From positions 1 to 58,371 of the forward strand of contig JAZDFI010000030.1 in NCBI GenBank assembly GCA_043808015.1: a stretch of 58,371 bases of DNA, in the 5' to 3' direction. A model generated the notes under the pieces. That model worked only from the letters and a program-made list of their open reading frames with translations, was not told the origin of the DNA and searched no databases. The translations under genes and the position numbers were made by a program. This document shows positions 57,216 to 58,371 of this stretch, piece after piece; the first letter of the stretch is position 1, and each line of letters starts with the position of its first letter. Source of the DNA: Candidatus Aenigmatarchaeota archaeon (GTDB lineage: Archaea > Aenigmatarchaeota > Aenigmatarchaeia > QMZP01 > QMZT01).

Positions 57216-57365
57216 CGCCGGGACTGGGATTCGAACCCAGGACCCCGTAAGGAGACTAGCTGTCTGGGAAAATCTCAAAACGCAAACACGGAGTTTCGTT
57301 TTTTCGATAAAGCCTTTTTTCAAAAGGCTTTCCAGGCTAGCGCGTTACCGTTCCGCCATCCCGGC
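57216..57365 (-). tRNA. tRNA-Ser(GGA) with a 68-nt canonical 37/38 intron (57262-57329)
   Basis: GCCGGGA/TCCCGGC acceptor, G73, long variable arm; CTGG/CCAG helix with AA|A and AC|A bulges; 82 nt mature. Confidence 0.93.
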
Positions 57366-57378
57366 GTGATATTATATT

Positions 57379-57573
57379 CTAGCGCCTTATTTTTAAGTTT
57401 GTTCGGGGAGGCGCTGGCGGCCTGCTTTCCACCATTTTCAGCCTGCCTCTGCAGCGCGGGCAGAAGCCGGACGTGAAATCGTAATGGTCCGCGCACACTA
57501 TCGCCCCGCAAGACAGGCACGTGTGCGGCGTTTTGGTCGCCTTGCCGCACATGGAGCACAATCCCGTTATCAT
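57379..57573 (-). CDS. small zinc-finger protein
   Basis: CSMC..CLSCG..VC.DH..CPRC; ATGA overlap with the upstream gene. Confidence 0.75.
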   Translation of the reverse strand: MITGLCSMCGKATKTPHTCLSCGAIVCADHYDFTSGFCPRCRGRLKMVESRPPAPPRTNLKIRR

Positions 57574-58371
57574 GTTTTCACCGCCTTTTTACTCGCTTCC
57601 GCGCGCCTCTCTATCAGGAGGTAAGCCAGTATCGAGACGAGCGCTATAGCAAGGAATGCCATGATTATTTCGTTGAGCGGAATGTTCGCCGTCTCGGGCG
57701 TGACCCTGCGTTTCGTCGCGTTCGAATAGCTTATTATGTCCCTGCAGTTGTCCAGCGCCGTTTCAGTCAGTTCCTGCGCCTTGTTCATGTTGTTCTGGCC
57801 AATCGCCGTTTCAGCCTGGACTATCAGCTCCATGAGGTCGAGACATTCTGGATTGTCCTCGAAAAGGTCTTTCACGAACTGCAGCTTTTCTTCGACCTTC
57901 GTCTCGTTGAATATGGGCCTTATGTAAATGACGGACGTCTGGTTCAGCTTGGGGTCGCTTGCGGCGGCCGTGAGCTTTATCTCGTAGCTGCCCTTGGTCA
58001 GCTGGTATGTTATGATGTTGAGGGTGGTGGTGGCGCTCTGGTCCACGGCAAGCGAGCTTATGTAAGAAGTTGTGAGGCTCGGCGTTATCTCATTGGCATC
58101 GCTGGTGTCTGCTGAGATGCGTATGCCGCTAAGGGCGACCTGGCCGGTGTTCTTCAGCGTGACGAGGGCGGACGTCCTGTTGTATGACTTTATGTTTTCC
58201 ATGGGCGAAATTGCTATGCTCAGCGAAGCGATTTTCGTGCCCGACGCGCTCCCACCGCCTCCTCCCCCTCCTGACTGCTGCACGATGGTCTGAGTCTGGG
58301 TCTCCGTGTAGCTGACGTTGAGTGATATGTTGTTGCTGCTCACGGCAAGCAATGAGTCGTTGACCGTGAAA
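57570..58371 (-). CDS. C-terminal part of a large surface protein (CARDB/Ig-like domain, helical stalk, TM anchor); runs off the window end
   Basis: Frame open to the window edge; poly-Gly linker, V.LKN.G...L..I motif, C-terminal TM plus basic tail. Confidence 0.75.
   Translation of the reverse strand, partial: FTVNDSLLAVSSNNISLNVSYTETQTQTIVQQSGGGGGGGSASGTKIASLSIAISPMENIKSYNRTSALVTLKNTGQVALSGIRISADTSDANEITPSLTTSYISSLAVDQSATTTLNIITYQLTKGSYEIKLTAAASDPKLNQTSVIYIRPIFNETKVEEKLQFVKDLFEDNPECLDLMELIVQAETAIGQNNMNKAQELTETALDNCRDIISYSNATKRRVTPETANIPLNEIIMAFLAIALVSILAYLLIERRAEASKKAVKT

Noticed and set aside
1-58371. rRNA genes, IS transposases or integrases
   Set aside because: None recognised; no intergenic gap is long enough for 16S/23S and no ORF has DDE, HUH or tyrosine-recombinase motifs that I could see

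Overview
Core-genome window from an archaeon, most likely a DPANN lineage (Aenigmatarchaeota-like is an inference from gene style, not a proof). It holds a partial pckA, TruD, a four-glycosyltransferase cluster converging on an S-layer gene, a prepilin peptidase, and a rearranged ribosomal superoperon (L4...S8 joined directly to L30e-NusA-S12-S7-EF2). Further on are dph5, ychF, an AT-rich LAGLIDADG-HTH/Lrp/radical-SAM islet, metG, RecJ-like DHH, S3ae, Cbf5, an EMC6-like + Get3-like pair, ahcY, PCNA, a cluster of secreted/surface proteins including a C25-like peptidase, topA and radB. The most striking signals are non-coding. Five of six tRNA genes carry introns: eight in total, six at non-canonical positions, including a three-intron initiator tRNA-Met. 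A free-standing LAGLIDADG endonuclease gene sits at the 5' end of that initiator tRNA, bracketed by duplications of the tRNA's first 12 nt. Two tRNA introns share sequence with a palindromic repeat family that also occurs free in intergenic DNA. A 30-aa basic ORF resembling the bS22/mS38 (COX24-domain) ribosomal protein is absent from the ORF track. All calls were made by eye; no database searches were run.
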